NCBI RefSeq assembly: GCF_025526975.1
Contig: NW_026515669.1
Coordinates: forward strand, 1,302,001 to 1,366,000
From: Fimicolochytrium jonesii
Lineage: Eukaryota
Direction: 5' to 3'
Length of the DNA stretch: 64,000 bases
Part shown: positions 62,057 to 64,000 of the stretch, piece by piece
Numbering within the stretch: the stretch's first letter is position 1
How the letters are laid out: each line of letters starts with the position of its first letter
Position numbers and translations under genes: made by a program
Notes under the pieces: model-generated
Told to the model about the DNA's origin: nothing
Databases searched by the model: none
What the model saw: the letters and a program-made list of their open reading frames with translations, nothing else

Positions 62057-62731
62057 CGTGTAGCTGCGGGACGGGGAACTGATTTTAGGCATAGAATTTT
62101 AATGTGGGTTGGGGGGGGACTCTTGGGACGCTGTACTATAATACCAGGGAGCATAGCATCTTCCCTTCTACCTTCTGTCGTTATCAATCATGCATTCACT
62201 CGATTTCATCTCCAGACCTTGCTTCCATTTACGTTGGACGACTCACCCCCCTCACCCATCGAGTCGATTCTCCTTCCACAACCCGGCGCCCAGCCCTGTT
62301 CGTTGTCGGAATAGAAACGTGTCCAAAGAATACGAGTTGCTGAGTCCACAGTCGCTGAATGAGCGTTATGACGCGAAATTGAAGAGTTTCACCGAGGACA
62401 ATTTTGATTGGAAGTACAAAAGTAATGATGTAGTCATCTACCTCTAAACGAAGTGAATGGGTGGCAAGTGAGTGAAAAAAACCCTGGCAGCCGGCGATTA
62501 CGCCGCGAGTGGTGCAATGGTGATATCTATCTGATATCTATCTACAAACGCAGTCGCAGTGGTACAAAAAAGAATGTCTACAAGTATAAGGAGGGGTGTG
62601 AATATGAGTACTTCGTATACGCCGAGATCGGCAAAAATCGGGGGCGGGAGAAAAATCGGGGTCGGGGATAAGAATACGCCGGATGGAGACGGAAAACAAA
62701 TTGGACGGAAGGTGGAATGGTGCAAGGGGTC

Positions 62732-63963
62732 TCATGCCGTCGGAGGTGGTTGCTGTGAGAGTCTTTCCGAAGGAGGTGGGTTGAAGACCCTAGGAGGGGG
62801 TATAACGCGGAGGCTGTTCGGACGGGTTTCCGGGTTCTCCGCCGACGAGCCAGCGTCTGCGGTTTGGAAATCGGTGGAGGCTTCAGGTTCAGGGAAGGCG
62901 ACCTTGCTGGCGGCAGTGGACACGCGCTGGCCCACGCCCGAAGAGCTAGTGGTGCTCCTCTTTGTCGAGGAAAGTCGGTTCATGTCCATCTTTGCGAGGC
63001 AGAGTTGGCTTGAATCGCGTTTGGACACCGTCATCAGGACCGACAATTTGTGAGAGGGCAGAGGTGTGAGCGCTGATGTCCGGATTTTGCTGGCTACTTC
63101 ATCCGGGAGTTGCACGCAGACGAGAGGGAATGCACCGGTTTCGCCGGTGGCTGCATTGGTGCCTAGACCCCATCCGTCGTCAAAGTTCTTCAACATCATG
63201 ATAGTGCTGCCAGCGTGAAGAGGAAGCTCGTCAGAGAGGGCGGGGACGTAGGGGTGGACGACGGTGACGGGGACATTCAGGAACTCCATGGGTTCTTCGT
63301 GGGAGAGGTTCATCTCCGCCGGGTCCGCCGGCGAAGGTTGTGGTGATGATGATGATGAGGGGGCTTTGACGAATGGAACGGTCATCTGCGGAGTCACTAC
63401 CGGTTCCTCCCAGGCTGCACGTGGCGCACCGCCGATACGATCAATAGGCGACTTTCTGGTATGACCTGGGAACGCAGGTACTGCCTGCGTCTGTTGCATT
63501 TGGGTCAAGAATCCAGGTGGTGCGGCGGGGCCAGAATAATCCGAGTTGTAAGCCATCGGAGGACCAGTGACGTTCGGAGACCACTGGGCTCGTCCTCGCG
63601 AGCTCACATTGTCCATGTTTGTTTCAATTCTAGGAAGTGGTGGCACGGGTGGTACAGTCTCCGTTTGGAAACCGTCCTCGACACCTGCATTGCTCGCGGA
63701 TTGACGGTCCAGTCTTCGTCGACGATGCTGACGGCGTTTGTAGATACAACATCCGAACCCGATGACAGCGATGAAGAGTAACACACCCAGCGCGATGGCA
63801 GCGATGCCAATCGGACTCAAGACTGAAACCTTCTTGGCATTCACGGATTTATCCGAGTCAATGAAGCTCGCGCCAGTTGCAAGAGCGTCCAGAAGATTCT
63901 TGCAACAGGCATCTCCCGTGTTGGCTTGGCACTCTTGTTGCGCCAAGGCGGCGCTGAAATAAC
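62732..63963 (-). CDS. Single-pass membrane protein with cytosolic SH3 domain (3' exon only; 5' part beyond window)
   Basis: Acceptor at 63964; Cys-containing ectodomain end; TM IGIAAIALGVLLFIAVIGFGCCIY followed by KRRQHRRRR; SH3 VVHPYVPALSDELPL..FDDGWGLG..GAFPLVCV. Confidence 0.88.
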
Positions 63964-64000
63964 CTATGAAAAGAAGGTGGATGAGCGGTCGATTTTGACA

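Overview
Intron-containing fungal nuclear DNA (GT-AG introns, mostly ~55-125 nt; Zn2Cys6 factor, Sfp1, Vam7). A ~3,300-aa CFAP54 axonemal gene points to a flagellated, zoosporic lineage, probably a chytrid (inference). About 20 genes were reconstructed by manual splicing: a GAF-PAS sensor histidine kinase running off the window start, SFP1, a VASt-like membrane protein, a coiled-coil protein, a hemerythrin, a UBX/FAF2 protein, an unknown 2-repeat protein, a GPI-type chitin deacetylase, an MFS transporter, a secreted Pro/Gly-rich protein, a CBM2-GH18 chitinase, a His-rich membrane protein, a CNMT/CMAS-like methyltransferase, GH125, Vam7, CFAP54, a frameshifted GNAT, KXD1, a Zn2Cys6 factor and a partial TM-SH3 protein. 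The most interesting signals are: (1) a dispersed GCGNAGC mini-hairpin element in the sense strand of three unusually long introns of unrelated genes; (2) an in-frame TGA inside an apparently continuing membrane-protein ORF; (3) bacterial-type modules (CBM2, PAS) in fungal genes; (4) a synonymous-codon C/A to G/T switch inside exons. All family assignments are from motif recognition by eye; no searches were run.
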